Origin: Bacillota bacterium
Lineage (GTDB): Bacteria > Bacillota > Clostridia > Peptostreptococcales > Anaerovoracaceae
DNA length: 38,910 nt
Assembly (NCBI GenBank): GCA_022793975.1
Contig: JAAWDW010000033.1
Span: forward strand, 1 to 38,910
Direction: 5' to 3'
Shown here: piece by piece, positions 1 through 9,281 of the stretch
How positions within the stretch are numbered: position 1 is the stretch's first letter
How the letters are laid out: each line of letters begins with the position of its first letter
Program-made: the position numbers and the translations under genes
The notes under the pieces: generated by a model
What the model saw: only the letters and a program-made list of their open reading frames with translations
The model's database searches: none
What the model was told of the DNA's origin: nothing

Positions 1-1283
1 ACTCCCGTAGTTTTCACATCATAGCCAAGAAACGCAAGTCTTTGCTGCGTACCGTACACATTAAGTCCTGTATCTCCGACAGTCGGCTTTACATTCTCCG
101 GCATAGGTGCAAATCCATCATAAATTGCCTTGCTTGTCTCCGTATTTGTCACGATTTGGTTCGGCACAATATAGTCAGGCGTAATACCCACTTCATGTAT
201 CGCATTTCTCTTTGGTGTTACAAAATAATATGCTGACAGTTTTGCCGCTTTTTCATCACCGATATACGCCATCTTCTGTGCTATGCCTTTGCCGTATGTC
301 GTGGTACCGACAACCTGCGCTTTTCCGTTATCGTGCAGCGCCGCCGCAAGTATTTCCGATGCACTTGCAGTATTGCCGTTTACAAGCAGCACTATCGGCT
401 GCAGCATAGATTCCGTTTTCGTTGCCGAAATGGATTCTATCAGTTTGCCTCTGCTTTCAAAGTGAGAAATATATCCTGAATCAAGTATCTGATCAGCTAT
501 ATTAACAGCCTTGTCCACAATACCGCCGGGATTATTTCTAAGGTCTATAATTATTTTTTCCGCTCCGCTGTTTGTAAGCGCTATTTTCGCCATCTTAAAT
601 TCGACTTCGGTATCGCTGTCAAATCCGCTTATAGCAATATAGCCTATATCGCTTTCAATCATCTCATATGAAACGCTCGGACTGTTCACTGTATCGCGCT
701 TCATAGAAAAAGTCTGCTCGCTTCCGCCGCGACGTACCGTTATTTTTACTTCTGTACCCTTAGGTCCGCGAAGCAGATTTGTTATCTCGGTAAGCACAAG
801 TCCGGTGGTTTTTTTACCGTCTACCGCAGTTATTACATCATCTGCTTTTACCCCCGCTTTATACGCCGGGCTGCCCGCAATCGGCGATATTACAACACAT
901 TCGCCGTTTTCCATATGAAGATTAATCCCGACTCCTTCAAATTCGCCTTCCACAGACTGTCTGAACTGTGAACTTTCTTCTGTGTTCTTATAATATTCAC
1001 TGAACCTGTCGTCCAGCGAATCAGTTACGCCTTTAAACGCACCGTCAAGCAATGTGCTGTATTCAACTTCATCTTTGTAATTCTTGTGTATGTACTCTAT
1101 ATACTGCCTGAGAAGATCAAGTTCGCCGTCAATTTCCGCATCGCCGAGATCTGCTCTCGCGCCGTAAGCCGTCAGCTGCGAATTCCCCAGGTTCGCTGGC
1201 AGAAACGCCGCCAAAGAAAACGATGAAACCAGCATCAATGCCGCAGCTGCATATACAGCAATTTTTACATACTTTTTCCTCAT
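1..1283 (-). CDS. S41-family C-terminal processing peptidase (Ctp/Prc-like); the 3' end runs off the window
   Basis: This gene is absent from the ORF track because it is open at the window edge. My minus-strand translation from the ATG at 1283 gives MRKKYVKIAVYAAAALMLVSS (signal/anchor). It continues with a PDZ-like stretch, GVGINL...SPAYKAGVKADDVITAVDG. The S41 hallmarks DLRNNPGG, NGNTASASEILA and TYGKG follow. The last visible residues, GDTGLNVYGTQQRLAFLGYDV, resemble a peptidoglycan-binding repeat. Confidence 0.85.
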   Translation of the reverse strand, partial: MRKKYVKIAVYAAAALMLVSSFSLAAFLPANLGNSQLTAYGARADLGDAEIDGELDLLRQYIEYIHKNYKDEVEYSTLLDGAFKGVTDSLDDRFSEYYKNTEESSQFRQSVEGEFEGVGINLHMENGECVVISPIAGSPAYKAGVKADDVITAVDGKKTTGLVLTEITNLLRGPKGTEVKITVRRGGSEQTFSMKRDTVNSPSVSYEMIESDIGYIAISGFDSDTEVEFKMAKIALTNSGAEKIIIDLRNNPGGIVDKAVNIADQILDSGYISHFESRGKLIESISATKTESMLQPIVLLVNGNTASASEILAAALHDNGKAQVVGTTTYGKGIAQKMAYIGDEKAAKLSAYYFVTPKRNAIHEVGITPDYIVPNQIVTNTETSKAIYDGFAPMPENVKPTVGDTGLNVYGTQQRLAFLGYDVKTTG

Positions 1284-1299
1284 AATCGTACCCCTCTTT

Positions 1300-1728
1300 T
1301 TACATTACCTCTATATTAAGTGTGCTTCTGCTCTCAGAAAGCCCTTTGAGGCTTATATTGTAATCAATATCTATCGTACCCCTGCCCTCGCTGTCGAGAT
1401 CTTTTTTAAAATAATTTGTAAGCACTTCCATCTCAATAGCACCGTAAGGCGTATCATAAAGACCTCTGTATCTCTTGCCTTTTTCAAATTGTATGGCGGT
1501 ATTACCGCTTGCGTCATATGTACCGAGCCTTTTCATCCTGAGACTATTGCCTGTAACTTTGAGGCTTGTCTTGCAGCCCGGCATACCGGAAAATTCGCTT
1601 TCCTCGTATATTAAGTAAAGCGAATCCCCCTTCTCGTAAAGCTTACCTTCCGTCACAAATTCTATTTGTTCTTCTTCGATATCCCTATATATTTGTTTTC
1701 CTACTATTTTTAATGTTATATCTTTCAT
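1300..1728 (-). CDS. DUF1934 (YwiB-like) small beta-barrel protein
   Basis: The 142-aa product MKDITLKIVGKQ...IEFVTEGKLYEKGDSLYLIYEESEFSGMPG...LKVTG matches my memory of DUF1934 proteins. The ORF-track start at 1752 is a TTG with no RBS, so I prefer the ATG at 1728. The start remains uncertain, and the gene overlaps the ddl 3' end by 44 nt. Confidence 0.6.
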   Translation of the reverse strand: MKDITLKIVGKQIYRDIEEEQIEFVTEGKLYEKGDSLYLIYEESEFSGMPGCKTSLKVTGNSLRMKRLGTYDASGNTAIQFEKGKRYRGLYDTPYGAIEMEVLTNYFKKDLDSEGRGTIDIDYNISLKGLSESRSTLNIEVM

Positions 1729-2722
1729 ATCCGTAGTCCACAATCCTTTCAATTAAGTGCGGATAGTCGATACCTGCTTTTCCGAACAGCGCCGAAAACA
1801 TACTGAACTTCGTAAATCCCGGTATTGTATTGATCTCATTTATGTAGATTTCTCCTGTACCCTTTTTAACAAAAAAATCTATACGGGCAAATCCCGCACA
1901 GTCGAGTGCTTTATACGCACGCACCGCATATTCTCTGATCTTTTCGCTCGTTTCTTCCGGTAAATCCGCAGGTATTATTAACTTGCTTTGCCCGCCGTCA
2001 AAATATTTTGCCGTGTAATCATAAAATTCGGCAGAAGGTATAATTTCTCCGACTACAGCTGCAATCGGTTCATCATTTCCGATAACAGCCGTCTCTACTT
2101 CACGGATATCCATACCCTCTTCAACGATAAGCCGTCTGTCAAATTTACCTGCCTCATATATGCCGTCAATAAGCTCTTTCTCATTTGTTACCTTGCTTAC
2201 GCCTACGCTTGAACCCATATTAGCAGGCTTTACAAAACAAGGATAACCGCCGAGTCTTTCGGCGATTCCTGCCGCCTGACTTTCATCAAACTGTGACATT
2301 ATAATGCCTTCATATTTGCAGCTCGGAAGTCCCTCATTTATGAAAAGGCTTTTTGACACGAGTTTATCCATAGCCGCAGATGATGCCAACACCCCGCAGC
2401 CTGCATAAGGTATATCAATCATTTCAAAGAGCCCTTGCACCGTACCGTCCTCTCCGTACGTACCGTGCAAAATCGGCAGCGCAAAATCGATAGTACTTTT
2501 AAGATCATCAACTTTAAAAGGCACCGCGCTTTCTTCCCACTTATCGTTTTCTATATCGTCGATATCGCCTTCATACAGCATCCACTCGCCGTCTCTTGTG
2601 ATACCGATCATCACAGGTGTATATTTGGTCCTGTCGACCGCTCTCAGAATAGAAGATGCGGACATCAGCGAAACTTCATGTTCCCCCGACTTGCCGCCAA
2701 AGAGTATTCCCAGTCTGATCAT
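1685..2722 (-). CDS. ddl: D-alanine--D-alanine ligase
   Basis: The 345-aa product carries MIRLGILFGGKSGEHEVS, LPILHGTYGEDGTVQGLFE, FVKPANMGSSVGVSKV and YINEINTIPGFT. These are classic Ddl ATP-grasp motifs. Confidence 0.93.
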   Translation of the reverse strand: MIRLGILFGGKSGEHEVSLMSASSILRAVDRTKYTPVMIGITRDGEWMLYEGDIDDIENDKWEESAVPFKVDDLKSTIDFALPILHGTYGEDGTVQGLFEMIDIPYAGCGVLASSAAMDKLVSKSLFINEGLPSCKYEGIIMSQFDESQAAGIAERLGGYPCFVKPANMGSSVGVSKVTNEKELIDGIYEAGKFDRRLIVEEGMDIREVETAVIGNDEPIAAVVGEIIPSAEFYDYTAKYFDGGQSKLIIPADLPEETSEKIREYAVRAYKALDCAGFARIDFFVKKGTGEIYINEINTIPGFTKFSMFSALFGKAGIDYPHLIERIVDYGYERYNIKNSRKTNI

Positions 2723-2793
2723 ATTTATACCTCCCGGTTTTCATAGTATATCATATTCTATGCGTATTTGTGCTTGTTTTATTCTGGTAACAG

Positions 2794-3234
2794 TTATGCT
2801 TGCTTATCTGCGAGAAGATCACGGATCTCCGTAAGAAGCTCTGCCTCCGCACTCATTGCAGGCGTTTCAGGTGTTTCTCCAGTCTCCTCCGCCTCCTTCT
2901 TTTTACCAAGTACAGAGGCTTTATTGATAAATTTTACCGCTGCAAACACACATACGGCAATTATTAGAAAATCCACGCACTGCTGTACAAAATTACCGTA
3001 CATAATGGCTGATTCCGGTGATGTAACAACCCCCGCCGCATCGTAAACAGCAGGTGAAAGCACTATTTTAAGATCGCTGAAATTTATACCCGCAAGCAAA
3101 TATCCAATTGCCGGCATCACAAGGTCATTGACTATCGATGTTACAATCTTGCCGAACGCTCCACCTATAATTACACCGATAGCCATATCAACTACATTAC
3201 CCTTAAACGCAAATTCTTTAAATTCTTTCCACAT
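2794..3234 (-). CDS. mscL: Large-conductance mechanosensitive channel
   Basis: [41 protein letters not shown] is a textbook MscL N-terminus. I moved the start to the ATG at 3234, which lies 7 nt after AAGGAGA. Confidence 0.92.
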   Translation of the reverse strand: MWKEFKEFAFKGNVVDMAIGVIIGGAFGKIVTSIVNDLVMPAIGYLLAGINFSDLKIVLSPAVYDAAGVVTSPESAIMYGNFVQQCVDFLIIAVCVFAAVKFINKASVLGKKKEAEETGETPETPAMSAEAELLTEIRDLLADKQA

Positions 3235-3319
3235 ATGCATTTCTCCTTTCAATCAAAAATTTCTTTTCATTTCTTTTCTATCTCTTACCGTATCCGTTAT
3301 TCTTCCCGCACTATTCGGT

Positions 3320-4240
3320 TTATGCCATTTGCGTCAGCAGTTTTTCAAGTTCTTGCTTTGTAAAAAAATACTTTTTAGTACAAAACTGGCAAGTAAGTTC
3401 CGCCTGTCCGTCCTCTTCCGCTATTTCGGCAAGATCTTTTTTGCCTATCGTTATAAGAGCTTTTTTCATCCTGTCACGACTGCAGTCACATTCCCAAGCA
3501 ATACCCTTCTCTTCGAGTTTTTCAGGTTTGTATTTTTCAGGCATGTCCTTAAAAATGATACCGAGAAGTTCTTCTGTCATCTCCGAAACGGTCTCACCGG
3601 CAGAGCGGCTCATTACTTCTTCTATAAGCGATGTAAGCGGCGGCATTGTGCCTATCATATCTTCGAGGGCATCAACCGCTTCTTCTGCAAAATTCGGAAG
3701 CATCTGCACAACCATACCTCCCGCACAGCGCACAGAATAATCGGTATCTATCTTTACGCCAAGCGCAAATGCCGAATTCTGCTGTTCGGAAATGTAATAA
3801 TAAGCCGTCAAATCATCCGCTATTTCACCGGAAACCAGGGCTATACTGCTCACATAAGGTTCTTTAAGCCCTAAATCTTTTATAACCGTCAGCTCGCCTA
3901 TTCCCAGGGAGCCGCCGACATCCAACTTGCCGTTTTCCGTAAGCGGCAGGTCTACATCAGGGTTTGCAATATATCCCTTTACACGTCCGTCTGCTTTCGC
4001 CGTTGCCAGTATCTGCTTAGCCGGACCGTCCCCCTTAAACTGTACTGTAAGTTTGTCTTCCTTTCCTTTGAGCATAAGACCCATAAGGCCCGCTCCCGTC
4101 AGCACTCTTCCAAGACCCGCGGCTGCGAGAGGTGACGCGTCATGTATCTTTCTCGCTTCCTCCGCCATTTCTGTCGTTACCGCCAGATAAACTCTGAAAG
4201 AGCCGCTTTTATCCATCGCTATAAGCGCATTATTTTTCAT
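3320..4240 (-). CDS. hslO: Redox-regulated chaperone Hsp33
   Basis: The length is about 306 aa. The C-terminal zinc centre CDCS...CQFC is present, and the body is Hsp33-like (GRVLTGAGLMG, GGMVVQMLP). The ATG at 4240 follows GGGAGG and overlaps the stop of the upstream mutase gene. Confidence 0.9.
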   Translation of the reverse strand: MKNNALIAMDKSGSFRVYLAVTTEMAEEARKIHDASPLAAAGLGRVLTGAGLMGLMLKGKEDKLTVQFKGDGPAKQILATAKADGRVKGYIANPDVDLPLTENGKLDVGGSLGIGELTVIKDLGLKEPYVSSIALVSGEIADDLTAYYYISEQQNSAFALGVKIDTDYSVRCAGGMVVQMLPNFAEEAVDALEDMIGTMPPLTSLIEEVMSRSAGETVSEMTEELLGIIFKDMPEKYKPEKLEEKGIAWECDCSRDRMKKALITIGKKDLAEIAEEDGQAELTCQFCTKKYFFTKQELEKLLTQMA

Positions 4241-6095
4241 ATTCACTACCTCCCGCTATATAGTCAACCTTGTTTTTGAGATCATCCTCTATTTTCATAC
4301 ACAGCGTTTCTGCCTCTTCCATACTTTTCCCGCTTGCCGATATATATATTTTCAGTTTCGGCTCCGTTCCCGAAGGCCGCACAGTAAATTCCGCTCCGTT
4401 TTCGAGATGGTACTCTATCATATCCGCTTTTGCAAAATTTTCTATACCGCGCAGATAATCCTTAATTTCTGTAACTCGGCTTCCTCCGTAATTTCGGCAA
4501 ATATCATTGTGCATATCATCCGGAAAATCCCCTACTATATTACACTCTTTACGCCTAAAACTCTCCGTTATTTCTTTCGTTTTTTCCATTCCCGAAAGTA
4601 CATCGAATTTAAAATTTATGAGACGGCTTACCGTATATCCGTATTCCTTATAAATTTTATCTATGGCCTCAAAAAGCGTCAATCCCTGTACTTTTGCTTT
4701 TGCCGTCATAAGACATATGAGCGCCGCTGCGGACACACCGTCTTTATCCCGTACATAACTTCCGGCAAGATAGCTGCAGCTTTCTTCAAGTCCGAAAATA
4801 AAATCTTCTCCTCTTCCTTGATTATCAAGCTCATGCATAAACTCACCTATATACTTAAACCCTGTAGGAGTCTTCTTTATCTCTATACCGTATTTCTCAG
4901 CTATTCTGTCTATGAGACTGCTCGTAACAGTCGTCCTTGCAACAGCAGGATGCTTTGGCATACCGCCGCCCATTCCGATACGCCTGCATTCTGCAATATA
5001 AAGAAACATAAGCAGTCCTATTTCGTTTCCTGTAACTCGTCTATATTCACCGTCTTTCTGTGGTACGGCCACACCCACACGGTCGCAGTCGGGATCTGTA
5101 ACGATCACAATATCAGGTTTTACTTTACGCGCGAGTTTAAACGCTTCGTGCATAGACTCCTCTTTTTCCGGATTAGGATACGGGCAAGTTGTAAAATTTT
5201 CGTCCGGATTTTCCTGCACTTTAACCACATCAACTCTGCCGACTCCAAGTCTCGTGAAAACTTCACGCACGGGTTTATTGCCGGCGCCGTTCAGCGGTGA
5301 ATACACAACGGAAAGCGCCCTGAGTGCAGTTTTCGCTTCATCTTCATTATCCGTCCAGAGCACTGCACATTTCATTACCGCATCTATATATTCATTCGTC
5401 AGATCATCCCCAGTATGCTCAAAATACGGAGTTTTCCGGGCGCTTTCAAAATTAAGAAAACTCACATCATCAAATATGTCTATATCATTTATTCTTCTAA
5501 GTATACGCCTTGCCTGAGAGTCCGTTATCTGTGCTCCTTGCTCATTATATACCTTATATCCGTTATATTCTGCGGGATTATGGCTTGCGGTTATCATAAC
5601 GCCGAGCAGACATCCGTATTTTCTCACAGCAAACGATACGGCAGGCACAGGGCAGATATCACCGAACATATACACTTTTATACCATTTGCCGTAAACACT
5701 CCGGCCGCCGCTTCCGCAAATGTACGCGAATTTCTGCGACTATCATAGCCGATAACAACACTGGGTCCTTTTTCACAGCAATATTTGCCGGATGTGCTTT
5801 TTTTATCTCTGTCAAATACTCCGATATCTTCAGTTATATAATCGCAGAGTCCCTGTGTTGTTCTCCTTACCGTATATACATTTATTCTGTTCGTTCCGGC
5901 GCCGAGAAGTCCCCTTAATCCTCCTGTACCGAATTTAAGCTCCTTTTCAAAGCGCTCTCTTATTTCAGCCTCGCTCTGTTCCCTGCTTGCCGCATCAGTC
6001 CGCTTTTCCGAGAGCATTTTCAGTTCTTTCTTTATATCTGCGTCAAGCTCTTCTTCATCGAGCCATCTTCTAAAATTTATTTCCCATATATCCAT
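4230..6095 (-). CDS. Phosphosugar mutase (alpha-D-phosphohexomutase family, PgcA-like phosphoglucomutase)
   Basis: The product has the active-site loop TASHNPAEYNGYKVY and the Mg loop VTDPDCDRVGV. It also has the sugar loop GLEESCSY and the phosphate loop VRPSGTEPKLKIY. Confidence 0.88.
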   Translation of the reverse strand: MDIWEINFRRWLDEEELDADIKKELKMLSEKRTDAASREQSEAEIRERFEKELKFGTGGLRGLLGAGTNRINVYTVRRTTQGLCDYITEDIGVFDRDKKSTSGKYCCEKGPSVVIGYDSRRNSRTFAEAAAGVFTANGIKVYMFGDICPVPAVSFAVRKYGCLLGVMITASHNPAEYNGYKVYNEQGAQITDSQARRILRRINDIDIFDDVSFLNFESARKTPYFEHTGDDLTNEYIDAVMKCAVLWTDNEDEAKTALRALSVVYSPLNGAGNKPVREVFTRLGVGRVDVVKVQENPDENFTTCPYPNPEKEESMHEAFKLARKVKPDIVIVTDPDCDRVGVAVPQKDGEYRRVTGNEIGLLMFLYIAECRRIGMGGGMPKHPAVARTTVTSSLIDRIAEKYGIEIKKTPTGFKYIGEFMHELDNQGRGEDFIFGLEESCSYLAGSYVRDKDGVSAAALICLMTAKAKVQGLTLFEAIDKIYKEYGYTVSRLINFKFDVLSGMEKTKEITESFRRKECNIVGDFPDDMHNDICRNYGGSRVTEIKDYLRGIENFAKADMIEYHLENGAEFTVRPSGTEPKLKIYISASGKSMEEAETLCMKIEDDLKNKVDYIAGGSEYEK

Positions 6096-6158
6096 AATGA
6101 ATTATCCTTAACATACAATTATCTTAACTATTTATTTTATCACATTTCTTTGCAATAG

Positions 6159-6192
6159 AAAAGCAAAACCGCCATAACTGTTATTATGACGG
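6159..6192 (-). terminator. Rho-independent terminator after htrA
   Basis: On the minus-strand RNA, CCGUCAUAA and UUAUGGCGG form a 9-bp stem with one G-U pair and a 6-nt loop. The stem is followed by UUUUGCUUUU. Confidence 0.65.
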
Positions 6193-6227
6193 CTCTGCTG
6201 AGGAAATTGTTGCCTTTATTCATAAAT

Positions 6228-7469
6228 CTATTTTTTCTCTGATATCTCTACAGTAAGTTCTACAATTTCATCACCTCTTACGACTGTAACTTTTGCTTTA
6301 TCTCCTACTTTATATGAATTCACTGCCCGCTGAAGCTCATCTGCATCGGTAATCCTTATATCTCCTATATAATAAAGCATATCGCCTTTCTGCAGGCCTG
6401 CTTTCTGAGCCTGTGTGCTTTCTACACTTTCTATATACAGCCCTGTATTTCTCACCCCATAAAATATTGCGCTGCGCGCGGATGTAAGATCAAGAAGCGT
6501 AACTCCGAGTGCCGGTCTACCTTTTATATATCCGTAATCGACAAGTTGCTGGGCTACCGTTTTTACAGTATCTATAGGAATGGCAAATCCAAGGCCTTCG
6601 ACATCGGAACCGGTTGATTTCGCTATCACTATTCCTATAAGTTCTCCGTATTCGTTAAAGAGACCGCCTCCTGAATTTCCCGGATTTATCGATGCATCTG
6701 TCTGTATAAGCGTCATTGCTTTTCCGTCTATACTTATATTTCTGTCCGTAGCGCTTATTCTGCCGAATGTGGCCGTGCCGCCGAGTTCACCGAGCGGATT
6801 TCCGATTGCAACCGCAATATCGCCTACAACCAATGTACTGCTGTCTCCATATACTGCCGATGTAAGTCCTTCTGCTTCAATTTTTATTACTGCAACATCG
6901 GTATCATTATCTTTTCCGATAAGTGATGCCTCATATTCGTCGCCGCTTTTAAGTTTTACCGTTATTTTATTGGCTCCGGAGATTACATGATTGTTTGTCA
7001 CAATATATCCATTTTCGGAAATTATCACTCCCGAACCTGCTCCCTTTGTTACATACTGCTGCATCCAGCTGTCTGTAGCAACTTGTTCGGTCCTTATCTC
7101 AACTACAGCGTTTGCATTCATTGCCGCAACTTCCTGCACTGACAATTTCTCACCTGTAACAGTTGCTATATCATATGACATATTTGAGGCCGATCCCCCA
7201 TCTCTGCTTGCTGTGCGCAGACCGCCTCCAAGTACTGTTTTATCCGGCAGCACATATTTTCCGAGAGCAGCACCACCGAAACCACAGAGTCCCGAAAACA
7301 ATATAACACCTGCCGCAAGAAAAGCTATACCCCTGTTTGTCAAAGCACACACTTTGCCCGCTCTACTGCTTTTCCCGTTTTTTCTCTTCACAGATCTATT
7401 ATTTTGATTCTCCTGCCCTTCTTGGTACGCGTTTTCATATAATTCTACTATATTTCTTTCATAATCCAT
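6228..7469 (-). CDS. htrA: HtrA/DegP-family serine protease with a C-terminal PDZ domain and an N-terminal membrane anchor
   Basis: The catalytic triad contexts are TNNHVI, DTDVAVIKI and GNSGGGLFN. A transmembrane (TM) segment, IAFLAAGVILFSGLCGFGG, is present, and the tail is PDZ-like (GLQKGDMLYYIGDIRI). Confidence 0.9.
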   Translation of the reverse strand: MDYERNIVELYENAYQEGQENQNNRSVKRKNGKSSRAGKVCALTNRGIAFLAAGVILFSGLCGFGGAALGKYVLPDKTVLGGGLRTASRDGGSASNMSYDIATVTGEKLSVQEVAAMNANAVVEIRTEQVATDSWMQQYVTKGAGSGVIISENGYIVTNNHVISGANKITVKLKSGDEYEASLIGKDNDTDVAVIKIEAEGLTSAVYGDSSTLVVGDIAVAIGNPLGELGGTATFGRISATDRNISIDGKAMTLIQTDASINPGNSGGGLFNEYGELIGIVIAKSTGSDVEGLGFAIPIDTVKTVAQQLVDYGYIKGRPALGVTLLDLTSARSAIFYGVRNTGLYIESVESTQAQKAGLQKGDMLYYIGDIRITDADELQRAVNSYKVGDKAKVTVVRGDEIVELTVEISEKK

Positions 7470-7639
7470 ATTACCGCCTCCCGTATTTTTACTATACCCC
7501 GTATTTATGGAGAATCTGTGTCGAAAATATGTTATATCATGGAACTATGCAATCACAAAACATTCACTATCGTTTTTAAACCTTGTGTGCTAAAATATAA
7601 TTGTAGTATTTACAGTAAATCCGGTAAGGAGGCACAGCT

Positions 7640-8326
7640 GTGGGAATAATTAAAGAACAGGAACAGACAATTATGAATTTGATGCAGTCCGTTGCCGACG
7701 GCAAGACCATAGAGCTTGCACATACAAAAGCGATAGAATTTGCAAAGCTAATGTCATATTATAAATGTGCTATGATTGAAATAGAAGCAAAGCTGAATGT
7801 TCTCAATGTTGAATATTCGCTCAGTTTTGACAGAAATCCTATAAACAGCATAAAAACAAGACTCAAAAATCCACTCAGTATAAAAGAAAAGCTTGAACGC
7901 AGAAATCTTCCTATTTCCATAGAATCAATAGAAGAAAACATATATGATGTGGCCGGTATCAGAGTCGTATGTTCATTTCAAAATGACGTCTATATGCTTG
8001 CGGATGCCCTTCTTAAACAGGATGATATCGATCTGTTTGAAAAAAAAGATTACATAGCAAACCCCAAAGAAAACGGTTACCGCAGCTTGCACCTTATAGT
8101 TTCCGTGCCGATATTTTTATCAAACGAAAAACGTCCCGTAAAAGTCGAAATTCAGCTGCGCACTATAGCTATGGATTGCTGGGCCAGCCTGGAACATCAG
8201 CTAAGATACAAGAAGAATTTGGCATTTTCCGACGATGTGTCTTACGAGCTTTACAGATGCGCGCAGCTGAGTGAAGATCTCGATCTGCGTATGGACAATC
8301 TGCGCAGACAGATTTTGAACAAATAA
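7640..8326 (+). CDS. Small alarmone synthetase (RelQ/RelP-type GTP pyrophosphokinase)
   Basis: The 228-aa product has a single RelA/SpoT synthetase domain. Its motifs are DVAGIRVVC, NGYRSLHLIV and EIQLRTIAMDCWASLEHQLRYK. The GTG start lies 7 nt after AAGGAGG. Confidence 0.88.
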   Translation: MGIIKEQEQTIMNLMQSVADGKTIELAHTKAIEFAKLMSYYKCAMIEIEAKLNVLNVEYSLSFDRNPINSIKTRLKNPLSIKEKLERRNLPISIESIEENIYDVAGIRVVCSFQNDVYMLADALLKQDDIDLFEKKDYIANPKENGYRSLHLIVSVPIFLSNEKRPVKVEIQLRTIAMDCWASLEHQLRYKKNLAFSDDVSYELYRCAQLSEDLDLRMDNLRRQILNK

Positions 8327-8380
8327 AAGTTTTCATTGACGGTACACTTAAAACACCGTTTTCAATATTAAATATGCAAT

Positions 8381-8426
8381 AAAAAAACCGGTGCGGAAAC
8401 TTCGCACCAATTTTTTTATTTTTTTT
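8381..8426. terminator. Bidirectional intrinsic terminator between the convergent alarmone synthetase and spoIIR genes
   Basis: An A7 run precedes the stem GGTGCG / CGCACC (7-nt loop). A long T-run (8411-8426) follows, so the element can work on both strands. Confidence 0.75.
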
Positions 8427-8468
8427 AATTCTTTTTATTTTTTAGACAGTTCGAATTTCTAAATTATG

Positions 8469-9212
8469 CTAAGTCCACTGCTCTATTATCTCCTGTGTTT
8501 TAAATTTGAGCTGTATTTCACTTGTCCCTTCGCCTATTCCGTCTGTTTCTATTCCTTCAAGGCTTTCCCCCGTAGGATCTATAAGACAGAGCGGAGGGAA
8601 AAGTACACACCACCAGTTTTCTCCCTCACCTGCACCGATTGTGATATTAAGAGCCTCGTAATTTCCTGCCGGGAAGGTGACATCTCCGTATGTTTTTTTC
8701 GGTATAAAGCGTACTCCGAGTTCCGCACGGGCTTCATAATCGCTTCCGTACTCTCTTATTACTTCTTCTGCTATTTCTTCAATTTCATCAAGATTTGCTG
8801 TTATAAGTGCTTTTACTTCATCAATATCAAGTTTTGCTGTCATTCCTGCTTCTGATTCTGCTTCTTCATTTTTTTCGTCCGTTCTCATCACTGTACTTTT
8901 TATTGTTTCTATTCCGTCTTCCGCATCGGATACTTCTTTGCCGTCATAATTTTTCACGGTCTCAGCTATAAGCTTTTCGTTCATAACTTCCAGCACTCTG
9001 TCTCTGACGGCCAGCTTCATTTCCTGGTCATAATCGCTGTTGCTGTTGGCGATAACGTGAAACCTGACTATCCCTCTGTATTCTTTATCCACGCCTCCCG
9101 AAAACACGGTTTTTGCCGCACCTCTTGTACTTCCGTATGCGTATATACTTGTAAGGAATATGAGCGCTATCGCAGCCGCGATAACAGCATTCCTTCTTTT
9201 ATCAAATCTCAT
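8469..9212 (-). CDS. spoIIR: Stage II sporulation protein R
   Basis: An N-terminal signal/anchor is present. The SpoIIR signatures follow: RFHVIANSNSDYDQEMKLAVRDRVL and GEGENWWCVLFPPLCL. Confidence 0.88.
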   Translation of the reverse strand: MRFDKRRNAVIAAAIALIFLTSIYAYGSTRGAAKTVFSGGVDKEYRGIVRFHVIANSNSDYDQEMKLAVRDRVLEVMNEKLIAETVKNYDGKEVSDAEDGIETIKSTVMRTDEKNEEAESEAGMTAKLDIDEVKALITANLDEIEEIAEEVIREYGSDYEARAELGVRFIPKKTYGDVTFPAGNYEALNITIGAGEGENWWCVLFPPLCLIDPTGESLEGIETDGIGEGTSEIQLKFKTQEIIEQWT

Positions 9213-9244
9213 TTAAAACCCTCCGTTTTGATTGTCTTTAATAC

Positions 9245-9274
9245 GAGTTTCGCCAAACCTATGGGTTTATATAC
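9245..9274 (-). promoter_or_regulatory. Sigma-F-type forespore promoter candidate for spoIIR
   Basis: The minus strand reads GTATA - 15 nt - GGCGAAACTC. This compares with the Bacillus sigma-F consensus GYATA / GGnnAnAHTR and matches 9 of 10 positions in the -10 element. It ends about 33 nt upstream of the ATG. spoIIR is a sigma-F regulon member in Bacillus. Confidence 0.4.
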
Positions 9275-9281
9275 ATTTTCT